Shown: piece by piece, positions 1 through 12,163 of the stretch
Numbering within the stretch: the first letter of the stretch is position 1
Layout: each line of letters opens with the position of its first letter
Origin: Tubiluchus corallicola
Taxonomy: Eukaryota; Animalia; Priapulida
NCBI GenBank assembly: GCA_030141605.1
Contig: JAQGDQ010000337.1
Coordinates: 1-64,000 of the forward strand
DNA length: 64,000 nt
Reading direction: 5' to 3'
The notes under the pieces: model-generated
The model's database searches: none
What the model saw: only the letters and a program-made list of their open reading frames with translations
Told to the model about the DNA's origin: nothing
Made by a program: the position numbers and the translations under genes

Positions 1-1
1 T

Positions 2-178
2 CACTCAGGTGAGGAATTCAGAAACTTGATGAATGCTGTGAGACAGAGACGTGAGGATTGGCTGAGACGAGCTTCGCAACCGATTCCCGATGATACGCTA
101 TCTCATGAACGGAAAGGTATATCGTTCGTTCTTTTATATCGTAAGTGTTACTGGCGGAAATGGTTTTTTGTGGAGTAA
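2..178 (+). CDS. Possible terminal exon fragment of an unidentified gene entering from the left
   Basis: Open frame HSGEEFRNLMNAVRQRREDWLRRASQPIPDDTLSHERKG...FVE*; protein-like composition; possible donor AG|gtatat near 116; AATAAA downstream near 615 and 678. Family not recognised. Confidence 0.3.
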   Translation, partial: HSGEEFRNLMNAVRQRREDWLRRASQPIPDDTLSHERKGISFVLLYRKCYWRKWFFVE

Positions 179-765
179 TGATAACCTGCTTGAATTCAAG
201 CACTGGTAAATATACTTGTTTATCTAAGTATTTGGCTCGTGCATCTTATATCTTATTAAAAAATGCTTTCCAACATTTCTTTATCATGTAAGTTTTTGTG
301 CTTTGGTTGTCCCGTGGTGTTTGTTGGCTCCATAGATTTAAACATGCGCGTGCAATGGACTCACAGAAAAGTGAGGCAACAATGGACACTATGTTCTAAT
401 ACAACTTCTATGCTCTGATGTATGACAAACACTGTGCGCCATGTTGTGCAATGAAAAACACGCAACTACAATTGAGGTAACAGTAAGGAATTGTGATGAC
501 AGTAAAGAATTGTTCGAAATCTACTTTGGTGAAAACGCAGAAACAAGATAATAGTCTTCTTCTTGAAATGCCTAACTTTATATGCACCACAGAAGCAATT
601 TTAGGTAAAAAGTAAATAAATTAAGCAGATGGACATCTAAAAAGTTGTACTCTAATCAGAGAATCGCAGGCTAGAGAAATAAATAAGTTTAAATTATCGC
701 CGTCACTTTCAGAAATGTTCCTTTAATCTTGAAGATATTTTTTAAAAAAAAAGAAAAATCCTTTA

Positions 766-3700
766 CTAGTTTCTGTGCAACGTACTTCTTTGTTTCCGCA
801 ATTCCAACTCTGAATCATCCAGTATTTTTGGCATTTTCTCTCCACTAGGTGGAGCTGGTGACTTGATCGTACCAGGTTTCTTCTGAGGGGTTCTTTTACG
901 CTTTGGTTTGGGCGTCTTCTGCTCCATTGGGATTGTCCAACAAGCAAACTTTGCTGGTGAGTCTGTCATGTCTTGAAAAAATGATTGCTGTTGGGTCAAT
1001 ACAATGTAATTAACATGAAGTCTCACACTGTAAGTATCGTTTCAACTTTGCGTAATCAAAGTTTATTTCCGTCCAGACACAAAAAAGAAAGAAATTCGTT
1101 TTTCACTTCTGTTCTGTTGAAATATGTGCCAATTTGTTTTGCAACAAATAGTGAACTAGCGATACTTTTTAAAGAATGTTTTATTGACAAACGAAAAATG
1201 GCTGATCTAGTTTATTTAAAGATAAGTTTACTTTAAGCTACGTAAGTGTCGCTGAAATATATCAGGAGTAAAAAATATTCAAGACGGGTGCGAGCGAGTT
1301 AGAGGGTTGCTCTGACTGAGGGGACGTCATAATTTCATTAGCCTAGGAACCCCAAAAAGTCGCAATCCAGTCCTGCATTACACAGACGGCTCAGAATGAG
1401 AAAAGATAGTTAGATTGTAGTCTAAACAGGTTGGTGGTTGTTTTGCTGAAAAGCATCGAAATTTCATCTGCGGATATTTTACATGCGGCGACGTGAAATT
1501 TTAGAAATCTTCGCACAGCAGTGCAGTTTACACATGACGTGTGCATTAAGAGTAAGTCAGAAGTACCGTTTCATTTTCAACACAGTGTAGTTTTTCTAAT
1601 TATCTTAATCAATAACCTTTTACATAGTCTTTATAGTATATATTATACATGCTATAAAAATGACTAGTCTGAAACATTAATAAATAGTTTATTTCAACAG
1701 CAATAGACAAAAACATCCAAAACTGACTTAATCAATCTGTAATCACAGTAACTCACTAACTATTATTAATCAACTCAGTAACTAAAGAGCATGGAAATTA
1801 AGTTATCCCACATACGTACCATGTTCCTGAATTTTGTCTCTATGAGGAAGTTGGTCGGGTTCAGTGGCCTCTGGACCAAGCTCTCCCGTCAACGTCACAT
1901 CCAAACTTGCATCTTTTAATTGTGCTAAAAGTCAGAACAAATCAAGTATTGGTAATCTCAGTTTTTTTAAACAGTTGTAGGGTATTAAGCAGTGCAGGCA
2001 TATAAACTTCTGTAGTACTCATTATTAAGGAGCCTAAGAGGCTTAGTTTTCATCATTTATTGCAAAAAGGGAAAATTCACAAATGTGAAATCATGGTATA
2101 TTGAGTTTAGACAGATGAAAATTTAAATTTCAGAGTTTATATTTCAAAATATCTTCTTCATAAGCTTTCAGAATATAAAAAAAAGTTTTACCGGTTTCAG
2201 CTACACGTCTAGCGAACTGTGTTTCTAAATTCAGTTGATGATCGTACTGCTGACTTGGTCCACCAATTCTCTGAAAAATGTTGGGACTTTGTTAAATTTT
2301 ACATGAAATGCTCAAACTCTAAGAAACAATTCTTGCAAACTGCTCGTTTATAATTAATGCTATTAAAAACAACAGTCGTTAGACGAATGGAAAATAGAAA
2401 TTGAGACATGCCTTCTGATTGGACGGGCAGGCATATTTAACACTAGTGATTATCTACCTACCAGTTTTTTAAAACTAATAGTTATGGAGCTCAACATCAC
2501 TTTTGCCTTGCTTCTCTTATGTCACTATTTTTGCTATGCGTTTACAAAAAGATATAAATGATACTGGCCTTCTATTTCACAAACTGGCAAAAGAATAAAT
2601 TTTAGTTAAATCAGTTAAACTTAATTCAAATTTAATCAACACAAGAACTCTTACAGCAACTTTTGCCTCATGCCATCTGTGTCGGTCGTGTTGAGCCATT
2701 TTTTCTAGATCCTCTATCAGTCTGTTATATTCCTGAAAAAAGACAAAAAAGTTTTAAATTTGATAATGATTTAGACTGACTGAACATTCAGAAACAACAC
2801 AATGAAAAATACGGTAATTTAGAATCATATTTCTATGATGTTAAAGACTTGAATCGCGCTAGAATCGCAGTGATTTAGAATCATATTTCTATGATGTTAA
2901 AGACTTGAATCGCGCTAGAATCGCAGTGATTTAGAATCACATTTCTGTGATGTTGAAGACTTGAGTCGCGCTAGAATCGCAGTAATTTAGAATCATATTT
3001 CTGTGATGTTAAAGACTTGAATCGCGCTAGAATCGCGGTAATTTAGAATCATATTTCTGTGATGTTAAAGACTTGAATCGCCCTAGAATCGTGGTGATTT
3101 AGAATCATATTTCTGTGATGTTAAAGACTTGAATCGCCCTAGAATCGCGGTAATTTAGAATCATATTTCTATGATGTTAAAGACTTGAATCGCCCTAGAA
3201 TCGTGGTGATTTAGAATCATATTTCTATGATGTTAAAGACTTGAATCGCCCTAGAATCGCATTGATTTAGAATCATATTTCTATGATGTTAAAGACTTGA
3301 ATCGCCCTAGAATCGCGGTGATTTAGAATCACATTTCTATGATGTTAAAGACTTGAATCGCAGTGATTTACAATCATATTTCTATGATATTAAAGACTTG
3401 TATGACAATGTGGTTTCTATCACAAAACGCTAGAATCCTAACCAGTCCAAATGAAAGCGTTTCTGTCGTCACACAGGGTTTTACAAAACAGCTGTGTGTT
3501 CTACAAAACTTGCAGCATAGCAGACAAATGTCTCAAAACCAATGAGAATGCAAGACAGTTTCGAGCATAAAAATAAAGATCTGTACCGTCACATGCATCA
3601 GTTAGCAAAGAAATTTACACCCATTGATAACATTTTTTGGTTTTGGGTGCCAGGGTGTCAAAATTTGAAAGATAATGTCCTGTTCAGAGCCAAATAAAAA

Positions 3701-6700
3701 CTTCAGAAGATTACCTGTCTCGCTCGTTCTGACTGCAAAGCGTGTCTGTGTCTAAGGTCGGCTCGACTAGACTGCTCGGCAGCGAGCTGCTCTGCTTCCT
3801 CTCTCTGCGTTGCCATGGTAACTTCTTCCTCAGCTGCAGCGGTTATAGCATCCTGGACCTAAAATCATAAAACATGTTCATGATTGCTTGCAATAAAATC
3901 TATAAGTGAAACAATAATTGCAAACATCATCAAGCAAACTGTACACACCCAAAATAATTCAGCTCAAATAATTCATTAAATTCATAATCTTAGCCGCAAA
4001 TTTGTTATTAATAGAATAAAACTACAATTTTTAATTTTTATAACTAAAGGAAATGAAATGCGTAAAAGACGAGATCCTATTTGAATCAGGACTTCTGTAC
4101 CTTAGCTCTGGTACCATGTCCGCAAGATGACACAGCTCATTAAGGTCTTAAATCACGATAATTGTGGGTTCATCAACCAAGTTTAACATCTTACCAAACT
4201 GAAACCTATGTAAACTTCCCTACATACATCTTATGATAACAGTTGTAAACAAACCAAGCTAGTTAAAAAATTCACAACCTAACGACTAAACGCATGATGC
4301 AGAGCACTACGTTAATAACACGTACTTTGCCATAACTTACCTGGTCAAAAGCGGTTGCACGTTCCACACCTGCCATTGTTTGTACTGGCCACGTTAGACC
4401 ACTTTCTGTCGTTAATTCCACTTTAGATGGCGGCTCAACTTTAGCAGATACATTTGCATGTGCAGCATGCATTTTAGATTTGCCAATAACTAACATTGTA
4501 AGAAAACACCCATAAATTAAGGTAAAAAAAGTTACGCGGATGGTTTTTTATACGCACATAACGATCTAACGAGTTTTATAAGTTTCTCTTTTAAAGTGAA
4601 AAAGCACATTAATATATTAAATTTATTACATTATTTCACCATAAACAGTTAAGCAGCATCAGTATAAAGATATTCAAACAATATCAAATTGATGCAGTAT
4701 CGCCATTTTTGCATCATTTGACTCTTGTGAGTGTAGTGACTAGATTCTGCTATGATGCCTGCTACAGTGACAAGTGGCTGAGAAGCCCAACCGGCATCTT
4801 AATAAAGACAACACGCCTCGCAAACAGGTAAAATTTTGGTTTGAAAGTTGTTGGAAGCAAAAAAGTTCGATTTAAACAGAAACATTTATCTGATTTTTCA
4901 ATGCTTAACTCAGTAGTAAATTTACCTTGCGAACAATGTTTTTCAAGAAAGGTAAAGTCTTATGTTAATAAAACGCCTAGTCACAAGTATGGAACCAGCA
5001 AGTGAAGCCACAATTTTATGTTAATAAAACGCCTAGTCACAAGTATGGAACCAGCAAGTGAAGCCACAATTTTATGTTAATAAAACGCCTAGTCACAAGT
5101 ATGGAACCAGCAAGTGAAGCCACAATTTTATGTCAATAAAACGCCCAGTCACAAGTATGGAACCAGCAAGTGAAGCCACAATTTTATGTTAATAAAACGC
5201 CTAGTCACAAGTATGGAACCAGCAAGTGAAGCCACAATTTTATGTTAATAAAACGCCTAGTCACAAGTATGGAACCAGCAAGTGAAGCCACAATTTTATG
5301 TTAATAAAACGCCTAGTCACAAGTATGGAACCAGCAAGTGAAGCCACAATTTTATGTCAATAAAACGCCCAGTCACAAGTATGGAACCAGCAAGTGAAGC
5401 CACAATTTTATGTTAATAAAACGCCTAGTCACAAGTATGGAACCAGCAAGTGAAACCACAATTTCATGTTAATAAAACGCCCAGTCACAAGCATGGAACC
5501 AGCAAGTGAAACCACAATTTTATGTTAATAAAACGCCTAGTCACAAGTATGGAACCAGCAAGTGAAGCCACAATTTTATGTTAATAAAACGCCTAGTCAC
5601 AAGCATGGAACCAGCAAGTGAAACCACAATTTTATGTTAATAAAACGCCTAGTCACAAGTATGGAACCAGCAAGTGAAGCCACAATTTAATGTTAATAAA
5701 ACGCCTAGTCACAAGTATGGAACCAGCAAGTGAAGCCACAATTTAATGTTAATAAAACGCCTAGTCACAAGTATGGAACCAGCAAGTGAAACCACAATTT
5801 TATGTTAATAAAATGCCTAGTCACAAGTATGGAACCAGCAAGTGAAGCCACAATTTTATGTTAATAAAACGCCTAGTCACAAGTATGGAACCAGCAAGTG
5901 AAACCACAATTTTATGTCAATAAAACGCCTAATCACAAGTATGGAACCAGCAAGTGAAGCCACAATTTTATGTTAATAAAACGCGTAGTCACAAGCATGG
6001 AACCAGCAAGTGAAACCACAATTTTATGTTAATAAAACGCCTAGTCACAAGTATGGAACCAGCAAGTGAAGCCACAATTTTATGTTAATAAAACGCCTAG
6101 TCACAAGTATGGAACCAGCAAGTGAAACCACAATTTTATGTCAATAAAACGCCTAGTCACAAGTATGGAACCAGCAAGTGAAACCACAATTTTATGTTAA
6201 TAAAATGCCTAGTCACAAGTATGGAACCAGCAAGTGAAACCACAATTTTATGTCAATAAAACGCCTAGTCACAAGTATGGAACCAGCAAGTGAAGCCACA
6301 ATTTAATGTTAATAAAACGCCTAGTCACAAGTATGGAACCAGCAAGTGAAACCACAATTTTATGTTAATAAAATGCCTAGTCACAAGTATGGAACCAGCA
6401 AGTGAAACCACAATTTTATGTTAATAAAACGCCTAGTCACAAGTATGGAACCAGCAAGTGAAGCCACAATTTCATGTTAATAAAACGCCTAGTCACAAGT
6501 ATGGAACCAGCAAGTGAAGCCACCATTTTATGTCAATAAAACGCCTAGTCACAAGTATGGAACCAGCAAGTGAAACCACAATTTTATGTTAATAAAATGC
6601 CTAGTCACAAGTATGGAACCAGCAAGTGAAGCCACAATGTAGTGTAAGTATTTCATACATTTTAACGAAGAACAGTATTACAACAGAATATTAAAAGAGA

Positions 6701-9700
6701 AGCTGTAATACACATTTCTAGTTAGCAAATTAAAAACTCACTGGTATCTTTTTCAGAATCATCTCTGGGGGTCGAAGAAGGCGGTGGTTTTTTCGGTCTG
6801 CTGGCCACTGCGGCAGCTCTAGCTTTTTCTATTTCCAATGCAGATTTTCTAGAAGTTTTCAAAACAAATGTAAATTGAATTGAAAATCAAATTAATATGC
6901 ATGCCTACAAAACCCCACATGATGAAATCTTGGCTCTGATAAATCAAATAGGCACACGAACCTGTCAAGGGCAAGCTTGTTCTCATAAGCCGTTGCCGTC
7001 GCTTGTTTTTCACGTTCGTGTTGTATAGCAGCTTTATGTCTTAATTCTGCCCTGTGTTTATTACTTGCCGCTGACTTTTCTTTCAGACCCAGACTTTTCA
7101 GTTTTTCCTGCAAAGAACCGGAATGATCCATCAAAATTAAGCCGCTCGACACATTTTTGTGATAAACTGGAAAGAGCTGGTGAAATTTTTTAATTGTTAG
7201 CGACTCTTCTAGAAGCATAAAGTATTCCTTTTGTCAACTAACTGATTATTAACTTTAGTATCACTTTGTACTTTTACTGCTTTTTAAATGTAAGTTTAGA
7301 TGATAAGTTAGAGGTAAAAAGGTTTGCACCAAAATATGACAAAAATTTGTTTTACAACCTGCACCAAAAGGTGTCAATGCAAAATAACCAACACTTTTCA
7401 CATTTTTATGAACTCACTGTTCGCTAGGCTTTGCAATCCCACTTGCTAACTTTTCATCCCAACCATTTCCTTCTGGCCACTTTACTGACAATTCTATTTC
7501 CAATACCCAGTATATCTATTCTACAAATGCAGTGACTCGCAATAATATCCAAATACTAATATGTGGTGATATCTCACTTACTCCTAATTCTAACAATGCT
7601 ATAGTATCTATTGTGAATTCATTTATTATGCAGAGTTGGGCGCTTTAATCGTAAAATTAGATCTATAAAAAACTCTGATTTCTACCTTACAGAGTAAATT
7701 ATTTATTCTTGTGTTCCTGTGATTCCAACACCTCGTTTCATCTTTCTTTCATTAGCTTCTTCATCACTCATTCTATTCTTGTAGTATTATATCAATATCA
7801 AATACATCATAATCAACTTGTCCCCACCCTTTCTCACAGCCGCTATTCAACAAATAAGTTACATAAATCTCTTAATCTCATTCTCACTTGTAGAGTAACT
7901 AGCAATTTCTGTAATAGTGTGTCTGTGGAACTTATAAGTGATATTTCTACTCTCTGAAAAGCCTTTATAATGGGTATACCTGTTAAGCAATCAGCATTTG
8001 ATTACATGATCATTGTACTTATTATAAATGTACTTGTAATTGCAATGTCTTTTGTCAAACTAAAAGACTGTTTAAAGTAATGTCCCACTTCTGCATATGT
8101 TAAAAAAGACTTTGAAAATGAGAGACAAGGTGTAAAAAGTAAATTTATCTTGCAAAAATCTTAATCTCAGAAACATTAAATGCTAATAATCACAAGCTAA
8201 AGTTTTTGTGAAAATAGAATTTCCACACAAGGTTTCTGAATCTTTACTTCTCTTACAGAAACTTACCCATCAAGAATCATTTGCAAATAATTTTGAACTT
8301 TAGCACTAATTCATTCAGTACAAAGCGATTTAGTAGAACAGGTAGAAATTGTTACTTGATAAAAATATTTTACTCGAAAATTCTACGAAAACAAGCTGCA
8401 AATAATATCATTAAATTCAAGCTGTTTCAAAAGCAATTGCTTTCTTATAAGTGTTTTGTGCATACAAGCCGTCTGGATAAGACACTCCTTTTGGTGTTCA
8501 ATGATGAAAACTTGGTGACTTGTTGTGAGATTAGTGACTAATCTCCACAGTGAAAGCTCAATTCTAAACAAACAGATCATCAAGAGCAACGATGATCATT
8601 GGAAAACCGTAGAGTCTCAAGACTTGTCAAAACATTTTGCCTGCAATTTTCTTAAAACCAGCCAAATGTGGAAAACATTAACAGCAACATACAAGCAGAT
8701 TCCCTAAAATTAGCAAAATCATAAACTGCAACATTATTACTGCAAATAAGAAATTATAGAAAGAGTTTACAGTTCCCACACAATTTAAATACCATAACCT
8801 AGCCCTAACTGTAATCCTAGCCCAACCCTGACACTAACCCCAACCCTAACACTAACCACAACCCTAATCCTATGCTAATCCTAATCCAAACTTCACAAAC
8901 TAATTTCTAGAAACGGCAAGCACCGAGATACACTTTGACCTGCTTTACCTCTTTGACTGCATTATGATGAGCATCTCCTACATGCTGTAAGCTTTGCATG
9001 TACAAGTTTTCCAGCTCCTCTATCCGGTTTTCTTTGTCTTGTAACCATTCATCCTAACAAAACAACATCAGACAAATTCAACAAATTTCACTCAAAAAAA
9101 CACCAAAAACATATTTATTTTCAATTGAACTTTGCTGTGAGTGTTAAAATTATTGAACCTACCAATTTATGCGGAATGGTGGCTATTACCTGTATGGCTA
9201 ATTTGCTGATAGATGAAAACCTTAAAAATGTGGGAACTGGTCAAGTATTGAACTCAACACTTTGTGATTAGAATGGGTGCATATCTGCCACTGAATTGCA
9301 GACTCAAACAGACAAGCAGCTCACAGTTAGAATTCAGTGTTGAGTTGTGCAAATCAAGAAAAATTAAATGCAACTTAAATTGTAAAACATTAATTTGTAG
9401 TGATACAATATGTTGTTTGATTGCTGGGAGCCAAACAGGACCTGCCAGACTCTATAATTTGATCCGGTTTTGGCACTCAGCAGTAAGACCTAGCAGTGTA
9501 ATGACTTGGTTCAGCAAATACACCCAGTGATCTGGGACAAAAATTTAACCAAGCGACCAAAAGGTATAAATGTAAATTTCATTATTGTATTACTTCTTGC
9601 ATTTAATAACTGTATAATTGGAAATTTCGTAACACTCAAAATTTCAAATACTCCAGTCCCATTGGACAAAAAAATCTATCAATAGCTTTTTCAAAATAAA

Positions 9701-10622
9701 AAAAGACAATTTCTTCAAATGGAAGTCATGCATCTATTCTACAAATATATCTATGAGCTTCAGAAAAACACAAGTGAACAATTCACTAAAAACAAGAAAA
9801 TGACTGAGCATTGTTTAACAGTTTATTATCCAAATAAGGCAATTGGTAAAATTTACCTCTATCTCAGCAGCTAGAACTCGCAGATGTTTTGCACGTGACT
9901 GTTTTACTTTTTCACGAATTGCTGCCGCATGTTGTTTTGCCTGCTGCCTTACCTTTATTAAAAAATTAAAGGCAATAAAATTCACTCGATGCCAAAAGCA
10001 TTACGTAGTGTACACATATTTTAAACAATGTTAAGCAAAGAAAAGTGATTATCATCATTTGAGGAGCAATGGCTTTAGAGTTAGCCATTAACAGATATCA
10101 CTAAGCTGGATAAAGTCATAACTTATGCAACTAATTTCAAACCTTATGTTGAACTAGTTGATTCTTAGCTGACTCAGAACTATGACTGCAAATAATAATA
10201 AGCTGTTGTGTAATTAAGTACATTTGCTTCAAGGATTTTTTAGATTATGTCTTAAAAAACTTGGAAGCACTTGCTGGTAATTGTGCTAAGTACTTATCAC
10301 AAACACATTCTCAAAATATTACAAAACTCACTAATAATAAGGTAAAAGCAGAATATACTTATTTAAAATATATAAATAATATGTGTGTGCGTGTGTATAC
10401 TGTATCAATGTATGTATTATAAATTTATATATAGTCCATATTACAACCGAAAAGTAAAGCTACCAGTCAGTAAATTTTGATGAAAATACAGCAATACATT
10501 AAAGCCTAATTAAGCACACAAATTTTTACCTGGATAATCCTTAGTTTCCTTCGCCTCTCCGTTTCCTCTTTTAGAATTCTGGCTTCCTCGTTCGGACTTA
10601 GGCGATACTGTGGGTAGGCCAT
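766..10622 (-). CDS. CEP295: CEP295/Ana1-like centrosomal protein (N-terminal conserved region), 11 coding exons, about 435 aa
   Basis: Exons (minus): 10530-10622, 9857-9952, 8949-9053, 6962-7107, 6742-6848, 4341-4489, 3715-3858, 2655-2732, 2192-2270, 1820-1924, 766-971; all GT-AG with matching phases. Spliced N-terminus MAYPQYRLSPNEEARILKEETERRRKLRIIQVRQQ...EWLQDKENRIEELENLYMQSLQHVGDAH...RAELRHKAA...RKSALEIEKARAAAVAS matches the CEP295 motif RLSPNEEAxILKExxERRRKLRLLQVR. The 3' end is uncertain. Confidence 0.85.
1236..1375 (+). mobile_element. Dispersed repeat fragment (MITE end), second copy at about 38686-38822
   Basis: agctacgtaagtgtcgctgaaatatatcaggagtaaaaaatattcaagacgggtgcgagcgagttagag is nearly identical at both loci; both end in ...aatc(c/t)(a/g)g(t/c)cct like a hAT-type terminus. 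Confidence 0.55.
2813..3400. repeat. 56-bp minisatellite, about 10 copies
   Basis: Unit tttagaatcatatttctatgatgttaaagacttgaatcgc(g/c)ctagaatcgc(a/g)gt(g/a)a repeated head to tail in a CEP295 intron. Confidence 0.95.
4961..6637. repeat. 56-bp minisatellite, about 30 highly similar copies
   Basis: Unit tatgttaataaaacgcctagtcacaagtatggaaccagcaagtgaa(g/a)ccacaattt; no spacers. Confidence 0.97.
8770..8910. repeat. Dispersed repeat with degenerate (CCTAAC)n telomere-like core; related copy at about 42280-42410
   Basis: Both copies: tccc(c)acacaattt(a/c)aatac + degenerate cctaac/cctaat/cctagc run + taatttct. Confidence 0.65.
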
Positions 10623-11961
10623 AATTATATTAAGCCTATAAAAATGACATCAATACAAGTTTAAGAATAAAATTCAGCTAATTCGACTGGCCACGCAATA
10701 GATTGTTGTGTAGGCTATTAACAAATGACAAGTTACGGTATAGTCAGGACGGTAGTATGTGTAGGCCTACTTTCGTGGTGTTTTAATCACCGCATACAAG
10801 CTTCTAAATTAAAATCAAACTCCGGAGAGCTTCAATATGTAAGCACTCAAAGCTACACTTAAATGTCTTCATCGTGTACAAACAGAAATTTACTATAAAA
10901 TAAAGTTTATAAACTTTAAACATGAAATCGCAAACAAAACAAGCGCTATTTAAACCTGAAACATACTTGCGCCGTCTACTGATAGAAATTGCAACTAATC
11001 GAGCTATTTCAGTCAGATTTTATTTTCAGACTCGTAAAGTTTCTTTGCACCACTCCAAATAGTTTTAAAAATCGCAGCCAGTCATACAGTCAGTCGGTAG
11101 TCGGTTCGCTAAATCTGAAAGCTCTGACTAATTTCTTACTGTTAAAATTAAAACATAGTAATCTAACTAGTGTGCCCATGTTAAAGGAGGAGAAAAATAA
11201 TAAATGAACTTTAAACCAACATTAAAAATTATATTAACGTGATTTATTAGCGACGATCGTTTCAATTTGTAACCAGTATCAAGCCAAAATAAGACCACTT
11301 GAAAACAGTGTTTATAGAAACATTATCACAAAAAAATATCTAAAGGCCTGAAACGTTACAGAAAAAGGAAGTCAGTGCTTTTAATAAGCTACTAAAAATA
11401 ATAAAAATTTATCACTATTTTTTGAAGATGTTTTAATGTAGGCAAAGTCTAAGTAACATAGGACAGCTGCTGATCAGCGGTCACATCTGGTTATATAAAT
11501 TTAATGTAAAAAAATATGTATAAAGTAATTGTGTAAGTATAAAATAATACAGTAATGTAATATAAGTACTAAAATAAATTACTTTACAAATTTTAATTTT
11601 CACATGCAATTTACTTATAATTGAAAACGGTTGCTTCAGTAGTACTTTCTATTGTTACTTTTTTGTAGTTAGCTGCATACAGTGTTAAAATTTCAAAACC
11701 AAAAATTCACAAAACAATTAAGTGCCTCAATATCTTTGTGAAAAAAGTGTTATTGCCACCTGTTAATGAGAAAGAGAAAATATTTCAGGTAATGTGCCTT
11801 TAAACTGAGCCTGGAGCTGTGCTGTTAAATACGTGTATTGGGCATAGCTTCAACTAACATTACGCAAAGCAGTCAGTCAGAAATTTAACGCGTAATTCCG
11901 TGTTTGTATTCAAGTGATTTTGGGTGGAGTCGAGTTTTACCACTTGGCGTTCCCCTATTCA

Positions 11962-11968
11962 GCCAATC
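11962..11968 (+). promoter_or_regulatory. CCAAT box about 200 bp upstream of the DOMON-gene ATG, in the divergent intergenic region shared with CEP295
   Basis: agccaatca motif followed by an Inr-like tcattc near 12020; position fits a promoter but motif alone is weak evidence. Confidence 0.3.
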
Positions 11969-12163
11969 AACGATCGTCTGAGGAATTCTAGGTACAGCAG
12001 GTCAGACTGGAGTACGCGCTCATTCAGACTCGGAAACACGCTGCTTGTTTAGTTAATACTTTAAATATTTAAGTAAAATAGTACATGTGGTGCTAAAACT
12101 TATTTAATGGATGTAGGATAATGCTCAGAGGGTTATCAACAGATTCGAGCATGCCTTGGAGTT

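Noticed and set aside
4961-6637. CRISPR-like regular array
   Set aside because: Units are contiguous near-identical repeats with no unique spacers; eukaryotic intron; no cas genes.
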